Part shown: piece by piece, positions 17,863 through 28,800 of the stretch
Layout: the number at the start of each line of letters is the position of its first letter
Numbering within the stretch: the stretch's first letter is position 1
DNA from: Alphaproteobacteria bacterium
GTDB taxonomy: Bacteria > Pseudomonadota > Alphaproteobacteria > MPNO01 > UBA830
NCBI GenBank assembly: GCA_965243135.1
Contig: OZ251539.1
Location: forward strand, 3,360,001 to 3,424,000
Direction of reading: 5' to 3'
Length of the DNA stretch: 64,000 bases
Program-made: the position numbers and the translations under genes
Notes under the pieces: generated by a model
The model's database searches: none
What the model was told of the DNA's origin: nothing
Seen by the model: only the letters and a program-made list of their open reading frames with translations

Positions 17863-18577
17863 CGAAGCGATTATCTCGCCCCCCGTTCCTCCGTCAACCG
17901 CCGCAGCCCAAGTTGCCGCAGACGGCCCATTGCTCCGCACGACCAACCCGCCGCCCCGCTACGCCGTGACCGATCGCGCCGGTCGATGTCGAACTTCGCG
18001 ATGAAGTGAACGCAGGGATAGCCGGGGCCGTCCTGAGCGTCCCGCCGCCTTGGAGAAGATCTCCGTGCGCGCCTTCGGCACGTCCGGCGCCCTGTCCGTG
18101 GCAATCAACCGCCTCGCTGTCGATCTTTACGTCCGCCGAAGGATCGTCTTCGTGATCGAAGCCGGGCTTGCCGCTGACGATGTCGGCGAAGCGGATCTTG
18201 AAGGCCGCTTCCTCGCGTACTTGCTGATCGTTCACCTCGAACCTCCGCATGTTGCCTGAACAGCGCATGGGCGACGAAGTCGCGCCCGGCGTCCGCCCGC
18301 TCGAACCGGGGTTCGTTCCGCGGAGGCAATGTAACATGGAACATCGGAGTCTTGGCAAGCGTCCGTGTACAGGTCGGGTTGGCGATGCCCCTTCGGCATC
18401 TTGCGTTCAGCCGGAAAAAATTTCCCGGCGCTCGGCGGAACCTCTCGCGCGCTTGATGAAAAGCTCCCCGTTGCCGCCGAACCGCTTCCCGAAGGAACGC
18501 GGCATCGTTCGACGAACCGCGGATTCGGAGGCGAAGTCGGTTCCACGAAGCATCCTTGCGCATGCGGCAAATGTAAG

Positions 18578-18610
18578 GCATATTCGCCGCAAAAAATGCG
18601 GTGAATATGC
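18578..18610. promoter_or_regulatory. 14-bp-arm inverted repeat overlapping the fic start (putative operator)
   Basis: GCATATTCGCCGCA-AAAAA-TGCGGTGAATATGC, 13/14 arm match. Confidence 0.65.
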
Positions 18611-19746
18611 CTGTCTGGATACACCAACTTGAAGAGTGGCCGAACCTGATCTGGGATGGTGCCGCCCTGAGCGCAAGGCTTGCCGACGTTCGCCATCGAA
18701 TGGGCCGTCTTCAAGGCCGCACGGAGGCGCTCGGCCTCGACCTCCGGCGAGAGGCGACCCTGAACGCGCTCGCGACGGATATCGTGAGATCCTGGGCGAT
18801 CGAGGGAGAAACGCTCGATCTCGAAGAGGTCCGCTCGTCGATCGCTCGGCGCCTCGGGTTCGCCGCCGCTCTCTCGAGTTCCGCAAGCCGCGATGTCGAG
18901 GGCAGCGTGGAAATGACGCTGGACGCGGTCCAGCGCTACGACGAACCGTTGACGGCCGACCGCCTGTTCGGATGGCATGCGGCGTTGTTTCCCACCGGAC
19001 ATAGCGGCCTGCGCCGCATCGCGGTGGGCGCGTGGCGGCCCGAAAGCGCCGGAAGAATGCAGGTCGTGTCCGGCCCTCTCGGCCGCGAGAAGGTGCATTT
19101 CGAAGCGCCGGAAGCAACGCGGCTGAAAGGCGAGATGTCGGCCTTCCTCGCCTGGTTCGAGAATCCGGGAAGAATCGATCCGGTGCTTCACGCCGGCCTC
19201 GCTCATCTCCGTTTCGTCACCATTCATCCGTTCGAGGACGGCAACGGCCGGATCGCCCGCGCGATCGCCGATATGGCGCTCGCGCGGGCCAACGGTTCCC
19301 GCGAACGCTACTGCGGCATGTCGACGCAGATCGAAGCCGAACGCAACGCCTACTACCGCGAGCTCGAACTTCACCAACGCGGCGGCACGGACGCCACTCC
19401 CTGGCTCAAATGGTTTCTCGACTGCCTTGGGCGAGCGGTCGACGGCGCTGAAGATGCGCTCGCCGCCGTGCTTCACAAGGCGCGCGTGTGGGAACTCGCC
19501 AACCGCCGGTCCGTAAACGGCCGGCAGCGGCTGGTGCTGAACCGAATGCTCGACGGCTGGCGGGGGCGCATGACAAGTTCGAGATACGCCAAACTCGCCA
19601 AATGCTCCGTCGATACGGCCTTGCGAGACATTCAGGATCTGGTCGACGGCGGCGTTCTCGTGCGGAACGCGGCCGGCGGGCGCAGCACGAACTACCGCGT
19701 AGCAGGCCCGGAAGAACTCGACGCCTTTCCGGCGGCGGGCGACTGA
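18607..19746 (+). CDS. Fic family protein with N-terminal DUF4172-like region and C-terminal HTH
   Basis: HPFEDGNGRIAR Fic motif; N-terminal WIHQ..EWP; C-terminal SVDTALRDIQDL. Confidence 0.92.
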   Translation: MPVWIHQLEEWPNLIWDGAALSARLADVRHRMGRLQGRTEALGLDLRREATLNALATDIVRSWAIEGETLDLEEVRSSIARRLGFAAALSSSASRDVEGSVEMTLDAVQRYDEPLTADRLFGWHAALFPTGHSGLRRIAVGAWRPESAGRMQVVSGPLGREKVHFEAPEATRLKGEMSAFLAWFENPGRIDPVLHAGLAHLRFVTIHPFEDGNGRIARAIADMALARANGSRERYCGMSTQIEAERNAYYRELELHQRGGTDATPWLKWFLDCLGRAVDGAEDALAAVLHKARVWELANRRSVNGRQRLVLNRMLDGWRGRMTSSRYAKLAKCSVDTALRDIQDLVDGGVLVRNAAGGRSTNYRVAGPEELDAFPAAGD

Positions 19747-19773
19747 GAGGCAAGTTCTCCCGTTGGACCGGCG

Positions 19774-21711
19774 CTACCCGAATAGCAACGACGGATACCA
19801 CATCACCGCGACGACCCGCTCGAACATCACGTAGAGGAACGCAAGGCCGCCCGCCGCGTAGAGCGCCCCGAGCCACAAGCGATAACCGCCCCAGACGACG
19901 ATGTAGACCGCCATGAACAAGGGCAGGGCCACAAGCTGGCCCGCGACCATCGTCGCTGCGCCCGTCCCCGCGAGCCAGAGAAAGAAACCGCCCGCGCTCG
20001 CCAGCGTCCGAGGCGCCAACGGCGCAGCGCCCGAACCGTCGCCCATGAAACGCAACTGCGCCAGAGCCAGGACGCAAAGCGCCAGCCCCGGCAACGCGGT
20101 GACGATCGGAATGCGACCGGAATCGCTCGGCCATGACAATGCCGGGATCAACGCATAGACGAATGCGGCGGCAATCAGCGCCAGCATCAGCAAGGCGATC
20201 CGCGGATCAAGGCTTTCCTCCGTCTGCCTGCGGCTCTCGCGGCGGTCGCGCCGGCTTGCGCGGGCGGCGAACGCCACCGTCAACGCGATGCCTGCCAGAA
20301 TGATCAGCGAAATCGGCCGTTGCGCGAGGCTCGACCAAGTGTATCCCTCGGCCGTGATGTGCAGCGCGTCTTCCATGATCGGGCCGAGTATGAAACCGAG
20401 AACCAGCGGCGGCCGCGGAATGCCGCCCTGCTTCATCAGATAGCCGACGACGCCGAAGACCAGCAGCGACGCCAGATCGCCCGGACTGTTGCTGGCGAGC
20501 CACGCGCCCATGAACACGAACATGCAGACCACCGGCACGATCAGATGACCGCGAACGAAAGTGACCCGGGCGACCTGCCGCCCCCAGATCATCAGCAATA
20601 CCGCTCCGCCGACATTTGCGATCGCCAGCGTCCACATCATGGAGAAAGTGATATGGAGATCCTGGGTGAGCATCTGGGGGCCCGGCTGCAGTCCCTGAAT
20701 CAGCAGGGCGCCGAGAAGGATCGCCATCGATGCGCTGCCCGGAATGCCGAAGGCGACCGTCGGAATCAACGCGCCGCCCTTCATGGCGTTGTTCGCCGTC
20801 TCGGGCGCGATCACGCCGCGAACGTCGCCCTTGCCGAACTGCGACTTGTCCCGCGAGCTCTGGACCACATGCCCGTAGGCGACCCAGTCGACGATGGAGC
20901 CGCCGAGCCCGGGAAGCATCCCGACATACGCTCCGATGACGGTCGATCTCAGAACCAGCCACCAGTGACGCGCCGCATCGCGAACGCCGTCCAGAACGCC
21001 GGCTTTCGCCTGGTCCCGCGCCACGCGGGAAATCGACGTGTCGCGCACCGCGAGTTCGAGCACCTCGGGCAGCGCGAAGAGTCCCAGTACGACGGGAATC
21101 AGCGGGATGCCGTCAAGGAGATAGGTCAGCCCGAACCAGTAACGCGGCGTTCCGCCGGTCACGGAATAGCCGACATACGACAGCAGCAGGCCGAACAGGG
21201 CGGCGATCAATCCCCTGACCATCGAGCCGCCGCTCAGCGACCCCACCATGGTCAATCCGAGCAGTCCCAGCAAAAAGAACTCCGGCTGCGCGAAGGACAG
21301 GATCAGGGGTTTCACGATGGGAATCGAGATCCCGAGAATCGCGGCGCCGAGCAAGCCGCCGACAGCCGAAACGGTGAACGCCGCGCCGAAGGCGCGCGCC
21401 GCCTCCCCGCGCATAGCCATCGGATAACCGTCGAGAATCGTGGCCTGGGAAGCGGCCGTCCCCGGGATGCCGAGCAGAACCGAGGCGACCGTGTCGCTCG
21501 TCGTGGTGACGGCGAACATGCCGAGAAGAAAGGCGAAAGCCGAAACCGGCTCCATCCCGAAGGTGAACGGCAGCAGAATCGCCATGCCGACCAGCCCGGA
21601 CAGACCCGGAACCGCTCCGAAATACAATCCGATCGCCACCCCGAGCGCCAGCCAGCCGAAGGCCGGCCACGCGACCACCGACGCGAGTCCGGCGACGGCG
21701 GCGTCGAACAT
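19774..21711 (-). CDS. tripartite tricarboxylate transporter TctA with fused TctB-like C-terminal helices
   Basis: GAVPGLSG, GIPGT, DGYPMA, APETANN, GIPGS; about 150 aa of extra TM tail. Confidence 0.9.
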   Translation of the reverse strand: MFDAAVAGLASVVAWPAFGWLALGVAIGLYFGAVPGLSGLVGMAILLPFTFGMEPVSAFAFLLGMFAVTTTSDTVASVLLGIPGTAASQATILDGYPMAMRGEAARAFGAAFTVSAVGGLLGAAILGISIPIVKPLILSFAQPEFFLLGLLGLTMVGSLSGGSMVRGLIAALFGLLLSYVGYSVTGGTPRYWFGLTYLLDGIPLIPVVLGLFALPEVLELAVRDTSISRVARDQAKAGVLDGVRDAARHWWLVLRSTVIGAYVGMLPGLGGSIVDWVAYGHVVQSSRDKSQFGKGDVRGVIAPETANNAMKGGALIPTVAFGIPGSASMAILLGALLIQGLQPGPQMLTQDLHITFSMMWTLAIANVGGAVLLMIWGRQVARVTFVRGHLIVPVVCMFVFMGAWLASNSPGDLASLLVFGVVGYLMKQGGIPRPPLVLGFILGPIMEDALHITAEGYTWSSLAQRPISLIILAGIALTVAFAARASRRDRRESRRQTEESLDPRIALLMLALIAAAFVYALIPALSWPSDSGRIPIVTALPGLALCVLALAQLRFMGDGSGAAPLAPRTLASAGGFFLWLAGTGAATMVAGQLVALPLFMAVYIVVWGGYRLWLGALYAAGGLAFLYVMFERVVAVMWYPSLLFG

Positions 21712-21764
21712 TCAGACTCCGCCCCGCGCCCCGGCGCGCCGGAACGCGGGGATCGGCGCCGGGC

Positions 21765-22835
21765 CTACTTGCCGGCCGCCGCGAAGTCCTTCAGGAAGGC
21801 GACAATCTTCGAGTCCACCTTCTTGAGCGAATCGATGTGCTTTTTCGCGCCCGCCGCCTGGATGATCTTCGGCGGCGCCTTGAAGGCGCGCGTATATTCG
21901 GCGACGAACTCCTGGTCGCCGGGAAGCGCCGACCAAGCCGCCCGCAAGTCGGCCAACGCCGCCGCAGGCGTGCCCTTGGGCGCGAACGACCCGCGCAGCA
22001 TGTAGGTGGACAGATTGTTGACGATCTTGAGCGCCTCCCACTTGACGCCGGACGGCTTGCCGCCTTTCGCCTTCGCGTAGAATTCCTGAAAGGTCATGAT
22101 TCCCGCGAGGTCGTCGTACTTGACGTCGCTCCCGTCTTCCGCGACCGGCGCGTAATAGTAAGTGCTCATCGCGATGCCGGGCGCGATGAGGGTCGGTTCG
22201 ACGCGGCCGCGATAATTGGGCACCGAACCGCAGGAATACTGCGTTTCGTTCTGCAAAACGCCCGCCGAGACCTTGGAGAGGCCCCGATATCCCGTGACGT
22301 AGGTGTACTTCGCGCCGAGAAGATCGAGCGCAAGGCGCAATCGCAGGTCGTGGCTCGACGTGTTGCGCATGCCGGCCGCCTTGAAGCCCGAAATCCCGAT
22401 GACGCCGGTCGCCGACTCGAGGCCGCCGCCCGCATCCTTGCGGACGTAGCAGACCTGCGGCTGGCCGACGCCGGCCAGCCATTCGAAATCCGAAAAATCG
22501 GCCCTGAGGCCCGGATCGTCGAGAAGCTGCGACATGACGGGCGGAGTGAAGACGGCGATCGTAAGCCCGTCGGGCTTCGCGACCTCGGCCATGAAGTTGG
22601 AGCCGACGATCCCGCCCGCCCCCGGCCTGTTCTTGACGATCATGCGCGGCTTGCCGGGGATATGCTTGGCGAGATGCTTGGCGATCACGCGGCCTTCCAC
22701 GTCCGTCGGCCCGCCGGCGCCGTAGTTGATCACCACGGTAACGGTCTTGCCCTCGTAGAACTGCGCCTCGCTTGCCGCGGAGCCGAACGCCAGCGCCGCC
22801 GCAAGGGCGAGGCTGCATTTGAAGAACCGGTTCAT
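21765..22835 (-). CDS. TctC/Bug family substrate-binding protein
   Basis: Signal peptide MNRFFKCSLALAAALAFG; YGAGGPTD, NRPGAGG, PDGLT. Confidence 0.9.
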   Translation of the reverse strand: MNRFFKCSLALAAALAFGSAASEAQFYEGKTVTVVINYGAGGPTDVEGRVIAKHLAKHIPGKPRMIVKNRPGAGGIVGSNFMAEVAKPDGLTIAVFTPPVMSQLLDDPGLRADFSDFEWLAGVGQPQVCYVRKDAGGGLESATGVIGISGFKAAGMRNTSSHDLRLRLALDLLGAKYTYVTGYRGLSKVSAGVLQNETQYSCGSVPNYRGRVEPTLIAPGIAMSTYYYAPVAEDGSDVKYDDLAGIMTFQEFYAKAKGGKPSGVKWEALKIVNNLSTYMLRGSFAPKGTPAAALADLRAAWSALPGDQEFVAEYTRAFKAPPKIIQAAGAKKHIDSLKKVDSKIVAFLKDFAAAGK

Positions 22836-22870
22836 TCTCTTCTCCCTTGTCTGCATGAGGTTTTTCCGCC

Positions 22871-23704
22871 TCAGCCTTCCTCTTTCGCCAGCCGGAACGG
22901 CTCGAAGGTAGGTTTGTAGCTCTTTTCGTCGAGAAACTGGCTGAGGCCGGTCTTGTAGGAATCCTCCTCGTCGCCGACCTTGATCGCGGTTCCCTTCTCG
23001 GCGAGGTAGTCGTAGGACTGGCCGAAATCCATCGTACGGACGTTGCGCACCGCCTGTTTGGTGGCGCGCAGCACGCGCGGACTCTTGGCCATCAGTTTTT
23101 CCGCCAGCTCCGTGACCTTCGCCTTCACTTCCCCGGCGGGCACCGCGAAATTGATCATGCCGATGCGCTCGGCCTCCTTGCCGTCGAACGGCTCGCCAAG
23201 GCAACAGTAATACAGCGCGTGGCGCGGCAGGATGGCGTCCGCGACCACCTTGCTGACCAGGGCGCCCGGCAGGATGCCCCAGTTCACCTCCGACAGGCTG
23301 AAAGTCGCGTCTTCCGCGGCCACCGCGAAATCGGTCCCCAGAAGCTGCATGAACGCGCCGCCGACGCAGTAGCCTTCGACCATCGCAATGGTGGGCTTGT
23401 CGAAACTGTAGAGCAACTCCCAGCGCCAGCGATTGGCGGCGCGTTGCGCCTTTTTCCGCCCGAGCGGGTTCGTCTCGTTTTCGCGGAAGAACAGTTTCAG
23501 GTCCTGGCCTGCGGAGAAGTTGCCGCCCGCGCCCGAGATGACGACCACCTTCGCTTCCGGATCGACCTCGAGCCCGGTCAGGGCCGCCTCCATCTCTTCG
23601 TGAAGCTGCGGACTCATCGCATTCCGCTTTTCCGGGCGGTTGAGCTGCACCCACGCGATTCCGTTTTCAAGCTTGACCTTGACGCATTCGAAGTTGTCGT
23701 ACAT
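22871..23704 (-). CDS. p-hydroxycinnamoyl-CoA hydratase/lyase (crotonase family, Ech/FerB-like)
   Basis: NRPEKRNAMSP, AGQDLKLFFRE, LSEVNWGILPG, GLSQFLDEKSYKP, characteristic of HCHL. Confidence 0.9.
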   Translation of the reverse strand: MYDNFECVKVKLENGIAWVQLNRPEKRNAMSPQLHEEMEAALTGLEVDPEAKVVVISGAGGNFSAGQDLKLFFRENETNPLGRKKAQRAANRWRWELLYSFDKPTIAMVEGYCVGGAFMQLLGTDFAVAAEDATFSLSEVNWGILPGALVSKVVADAILPRHALYYCCLGEPFDGKEAERIGMINFAVPAGEVKAKVTELAEKLMAKSPRVLRATKQAVRNVRTMDFGQSYDYLAEKGTAIKVGDEEDSYKTGLSQFLDEKSYKPTFEPFRLAKEEG

Positions 23705-24759
23705 CCGGCTCTCCCTCGCCATCCGGCAGTCGTCGATGATCGACAATGTCCTATCGAACGCGCCAAGTCAAAGGCGGCCCGGACGGAGGCGCTTGCGCTG
23801 TGCCATTTTTTTGTCGGCCCGCCGCCCGGCCGCCGCCCCGCGGACCGCTCCGCCCGCCCGCCGACGAGCCCGCAAGGGCCTCGCGGACGTTCAGACTTCA
23901 GAACAAAAAGCGAATATTCGGTTGCCGCGCCGCCGCGCCACAAACCCGGGGCGAGCCAGACCGTGGCCTGAACGCAGGCGGTCAGTCGCGGGGAGGGGGG
24001 CGGTCAGACGACCGCAGCGGTCATCCCGTGTCGCGCAGCCCGACCGGAGCGACCAGCGACCGCCCTGGCGTTCCGCCCGCAGGTGCCCGAGCGCCGTCGC
24101 CATCATGACTACTGTCACGAGGCCGAGCCGCAGGTGCCCGCAGGCCGCGGACATAGTGCTTCTCCATGCGGTAAGCGTTGTCGACCCGGCTGTAGATCCG
24201 CTCCATGGCGGAGCGGCGGTCCGCGCTTCCAGGAGGGGCTGCCCCAGGGGACCGGCGTGAACCCTGTCATGCTTCTCCAGGTCGACGCGGACGATGCGAC
24301 CGTACTCGCCGGCCTGGCACTCGGCGGCCCGGTGGCATTCCTTGCGGCCTGCGCAAGCCAAAGGCCGCCGCCGGGCAACGGTACTTGAGGGTGCCGCACG
24401 CCCCGCGGTCCCTGGAACGCCATGTGCCGCTGGACGTTGGTTTCAGGACATTTGCACAGCACTTCGCCCCTCTCGGTATGGTAGATGTTGTCGTCGAAGA
24501 GCGGGCGGACGATAGGCTTGTCGGGGTCGTAGTCGGGGTCTTTCTTTTCTTCCCGCCACAACAGGCGCGTATCAATCAAGGGGGCCGAACTCGTCCCACA
24601 GCTTCGCCTTGAGCGGCCCGCTGTCGAGCCCCCGGTCCGCGCTGAAGTCCTTGCAGCGCCCGGCCAGCAGCGGCGTTTCCCCGAACAGCCTGTCCAACAT
24701 CGCGTCCAGCTCCCTGGTCTCGGCTCTCGACGCCTGTGTGACGCTGAAGGCCACCGGGA

Positions 24760-26377
24760 GGGTGCAAATCTGATATGGCTAAATCGAAGATTACATAAAA
24801 CGTTGATTTTCAATGATTATCCAAGCCCGTGTCGCGGCGCTGCGGGGCCGAAATCAGCGATTTCGTGACAAAACGTCGTTCCGGGGGCGGATTTTGTGGG
24901 GGAGTTGGAGAGCAAAAAAAGGAATGCTCCAAGCCGCAAGATGCGGCAGAATGTTGGCACCAACACACAACATCATTCCCATGTCAGCATCACAGCCTTC
25001 GACCGGTTTGTCCATCGATTTCTCGGACCTCCCCGCGACGACCGCCGAGGCGCTTCGGTCAGCCGCAGCCTTCATCTGCAAAGAAATCGAACGACGGGAA
25101 CAGGGTTCCGAGGCGTTCGCCGGTTTCGAGGCTGAGTTAATGGAGCATGCTTTCACGATCTGTCGTGCGGCCGTAGGCGATTACATTGAAGCGCGAGACG
25201 ACGAACAAGGTCCGATTCACCGGGAGGGTCAGGTCTTCTACCGGGCTGCGCCGACGCCAAAAACCACGTTGTTCGGTCCGGTCACGTATTGCCGTTCTCG
25301 GTACCGCGCCCGAAACTCGTCCATCATGCCCGTCGACGAAAGCCTGGGTCTGGTTGACGGTTACCTCACGGTTCCCGCCGCTTACCGCGCTCTCCTGGTC
25401 ATGGACCACTGCACGCCGAGAGACGCGGCCAAACTCTTCGGAAAGCTGGGGGGCATGAACCCGTCGTCGAGCCACCTGCGACGTCTTCTGGTGACGGCGG
25501 GCGATCTCTGGAAGGAGAAGGGCCAAGCGGCTCTGGATGAAATCCGCGAGGCGAAACCGGTGCCGTCGGAAGCGGTTTCCTTCGCTGTCTCGCTCGACGG
25601 CGTGATGGTTGCGCTTCGTCCCGACGAGCACGAAGAAGCGTGCTGGCGCGAAGCGTCCTGCGGTACGATAAGTTTCCATGACGCGGACGGCAATCGCCTG
25701 GAAACACTGTATTTTGCGCAGATGCCGGAAGCCGGCAAGACGACGCTGAAGGCGCAGATCACCGAAGAAGTCGAGCACATCCGGAAAGTGCGGCCCGACC
25801 TTCAGATCGTTGCCGTCGCCGATGCCGCAGCCGACAACTGGACGTTTCTCGAGAAACTTCGACCCGACGAACAGGTGGTCGATTTCTTTCATGCGTGCGA
25901 ACATCTCAGCGACGTTGCCGACCGTCGCGACCGACTGGTACGACAAGTACCGCGCTGTCCTGCGTGACGACGCCAACGGCATCGACAAGGTCATCCGGGC
26001 GATCCGCCATCTTCGCGACAAGGCGACGACAACGACGGCGCTCAAGGATCTCGAACGCGAGCTCAAGTTTTTCCGGAAGCACAAGCGCCGCATGCGCTAT
26101 GCAAGCTTGAATGCTAGGGGCTATGCGATCGGGTCAGGCGTTGTCGAAGCCGCCAACAAAGTTCTGGTAAACCAGCGCATGAAGCGGGCCGGCATGCGTT
26201 GGAGTATGAGGTCAGAACGTCCTCACTTTCAGAGCATTGATAAGATCCGGCCGTTTCGATATAGCATGGCAAGCTATGGTCGGAGTTCCTGCCGCAAATG
26301 ACAATCAGGAAATAACAGTCCTTGCAGCTTGAAAATGTTGCACTTTATGCAATTTTAGCCATATGAGATCCACACCC
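24760..26377 (+). mobile_element. ISKra4/ISLre2-like insertion sequence (1618 bp)
   Basis: 24-bp IR (20/24) GGGTGCAAATCTGATATGGCTAAA; 8-bp target duplication CACCGGGA at 24752-24759 and 26378-26385. Confidence 0.92.
24980..26301 (+). pseudogene. ISKra4-like transposase, frameshifted
   Basis: SLDGVMV, ADAAADNW, DFFHACEHL in one frame; IGSGVVEAANK..RMKRAGMRWS in another. Confidence 0.85.
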
Positions 26378-27635
26378 CACCGGGATCTCGTACTTGGTAT
26401 CGGCGTGCAACCCGAACCCGAACCACGACTTCACCTTCGTCCAGAGGTTGCCGGTCTTCCCGTCTATGCCGGCGGTCTCGTGCTTCCCCCAGTTGGCGTC
26501 GGGGTCGGAAGTCTTCCCGGTCTTGCGGCTGACCTGCCCCGTCGAGTGGCTGTTCACCGCCTTGCCGTCGTAGCCGAGGTGCTCCCCGAAATCCGGTAAC
26601 TCCGCCGTCAGTTGCTCCCGCAACTCCCGGACCATGCCGCCGACCCAGGGATCCTTGCTCTCGAGCTTGATGGGGGCGCTCAGGAACCGGGAGAAGTTGT
26701 GGCTCCCGGGAACCGTGCTGCGAGGTTCCGGAGACGTCGTCCACCGCTTGCCGTCGTCGTCGACCTTGACCTTCGGCTTGCCCTGGTAGTCGAGCGGGTT
26801 GAAGCCGCACAACGCCAGAAGCGCCGGGTTGCGGTTGAGTTCCCGAATCAGCGACTCGATGGACTCGTGCTGAAGCACGATGTCGGCGACCGTCGCTCGC
26901 CACGCGAACCGGGTAGTCGTCGCGCCCGCGCCCGCGCTGCTCCTCGAGCCGCGCCAGAAGCGCCTCGTCCGGCAGCGCGTCGAGAACCAGCGTCAGGCGC
27001 TGGAGGTCGGGCAGCCTGTCGACATCGGTCCAGGAAAAGAATGTTCTGTCGCCATGGGTACCTCACAGTGTTGTGGGTTGAGATGCTGACAACACTACCC
27101 GTGGCGAACCCCTTTGGCCAGATTTTTTTGCCCGGTGCGGCCGTTTGCCGCAGGGGGCGGCGGCGTCCGGTCGGCCGTGGGGTGGAATCCGCGAAAATCG
27201 CGACCTCGGCGCGGAGAATTCGCAGTTTTCCGTACCCGAGGAAAAAAATTCCGCACCCCTGAAAGCTGTCCGCATTTCAAGACGTTACGAACAGCGCACG
27301 CGGCTCGGACGCGTCGAAGCGCGCTACCGGAAGTCAGCTGTCGCCGCGCTGGAAAGATCCTGCGCGGTCACGCAGAAACGCAGCGGAAAGCCTGCACGGC
27401 CCCGACGATCCGGAGTGCGCATCCGTGGACAAGACCAACCTCGTAATCCGCCGGCGCACGCGCATCCCGGCCGATGTCGCGCAACGCTGGCGGCTTGCGG
27501 CGGCGCAGGGTGTCGCCGTAGCCCACTCGCGCAGCCCCAGCAACCTCGGAGCCCCAACCCACGTCCCCCGGCGCCAAGGCGACGCGAGCGGTTGCCATCA
27601 AGCAACGAAGCGCGGCCGGTCGGCCGACCGTCGCG

Positions 27636-28793
27636 TCAGCCCCCATATTGCCGCAGCACGTGCCGGGCGAGCGCCATCTTCAGGATTTCCGTCGGTCCCT
27701 CGGTGATGACGAAACTTCGCTGGTCGCGCCACATGCGCTCGATCGGGAGATCCGTGGTCAGTCCGAGGCCGCCGTGTATCTGCATGCATTTGTCGGCGGC
27801 CTCGAAAGATTTCGTGTCGCCGAAATACTTCACGAGATAGGCGTCGTAGCGTATGTCCCCGCCCGCGTCGTGCTTCGCCGCCGCGTTGCGGACCATCAGC
27901 CTGAGCATGTGCAGATCGGCGTAGGAATCGACCAGCATCCACTGGACCGCCTGCCGTTCCGAGAGTCTCTCTCCGAAGGTCTCCCGCTGCCGCGCGTAGG
28001 ACGCGCCGAGCTCGAGGCACCTCTCGATGACGCCGACGCCGCGCGCGCCGTGACGGATCCGGCCGGCCCCGATCCAGTTCTGGGCGAACCTGAACCCCTC
28101 TCCCTCGCCGCCGATCATGTTTTCGACCGGGACCCGGACGTCCTCGAACGCGATTTCCCACGGCCGGTCGTGCATCATCGTTTCCTGCTGGCGCAACAGC
28201 TTCACTCCGGGCGTCTTCATATCGACGAGAAACGCCGAGATGCCGCCGCGAGACCCCTTTTCGCGATCCGTCGCCGCGATCACCTGCGCGAAATCCGCCT
28301 CGCCCGCGCCGGTGATGAAGCGCTTCACGCCGTTGATGACGTAGTGGTCTCCGTCGCGCGCCGCCGTCGTCCGCATGCCGCCCGGGTCGCCGCCGGCATC
28401 CGGTTCCGTCTGCGCGAAGCAATGGCGCAACTCGCCCCGCAGAACGGGATGGAGATAACGTTCCTTCTGTTCGTCGTTCAGGTAGTAGAGGATCGGGCTC
28501 ACGATCGGCCCGAATATGTTCGCGTTGCGCGACGGCAGCGCGACCGTGCGCGCCAGCTCCGCCCAAACCACCGTGCGCGCCAGAAGCCCGAGGCCCTGGC
28601 CGCCGTATTCTTCCGGAACGTCGTAAAGCCAGAGACCGACGGCCTTCGCCTTCTCCGCGAGATCCGCATGGATATCGGGGCGAAGCTTCGATCCCTCCAT
28701 GCTCTCCATTTCGATGGGGATCAGTTCGCGGTCCACGAACCGCCGCACGGTCTCCTGAAGCAGACGCAGTTCCTCGGGCAACTGGTGGTCCAT
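27636..28793 (-). CDS. acyl-CoA dehydrogenase
   Basis: FAQTEPDAGGD, NGVKRFIT, QIHGGLG, ITEGPTEI; start MDHQLP at 28793. Confidence 0.95.
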   Translation of the reverse strand: MDHQLPEELRLLQETVRRFVDRELIPIEMESMEGSKLRPDIHADLAEKAKAVGLWLYDVPEEYGGQGLGLLARTVVWAELARTVALPSRNANIFGPIVSPILYYLNDEQKERYLHPVLRGELRHCFAQTEPDAGGDPGGMRTTAARDGDHYVINGVKRFITGAGEADFAQVIAATDREKGSRGGISAFLVDMKTPGVKLLRQQETMMHDRPWEIAFEDVRVPVENMIGGEGEGFRFAQNWIGAGRIRHGARGVGVIERCLELGASYARQRETFGERLSERQAVQWMLVDSYADLHMLRLMVRNAAAKHDAGGDIRYDAYLVKYFGDTKSFEAADKCMQIHGGLGLTTDLPIERMWRDQRSFVITEGPTEILKMALARHVLRQYGG

Positions 28794-28800
28794 GGTCGGC

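Larger units (their letters stand above)
24021..27056 (-). pseudogene. transposase pseudogene, frameshifted and interrupted at 24760-26377
   Basis: Fragments in several frames: GRGRDDYP, SIESLIRELNRN, SDPDANWGKH, KSWFGFGLH, ADRGLD, ERIYSRVD. Confidence 0.82.
23786..27306 (-). mobile_element. degraded IS (IS5/IS1182-like DUF772-DDE transposase) carrying a nested IS
   Basis: Imperfect terminal IR (GAGGCGCTTGCGCTGTGC vs GAGCCGCGTGCGCTGTTC, 15/18); 5-bp flanking duplication GGACG at 23781-23785 and 27307-27311. Confidence 0.8.

Noticed and set aside
17330-27306. Composite transposon spanning the fic-tct-HCHL block
   Set aside because: Outer flanks (AATAG vs GGACG) do not form a target duplication; the 23786-27306 element has its own.
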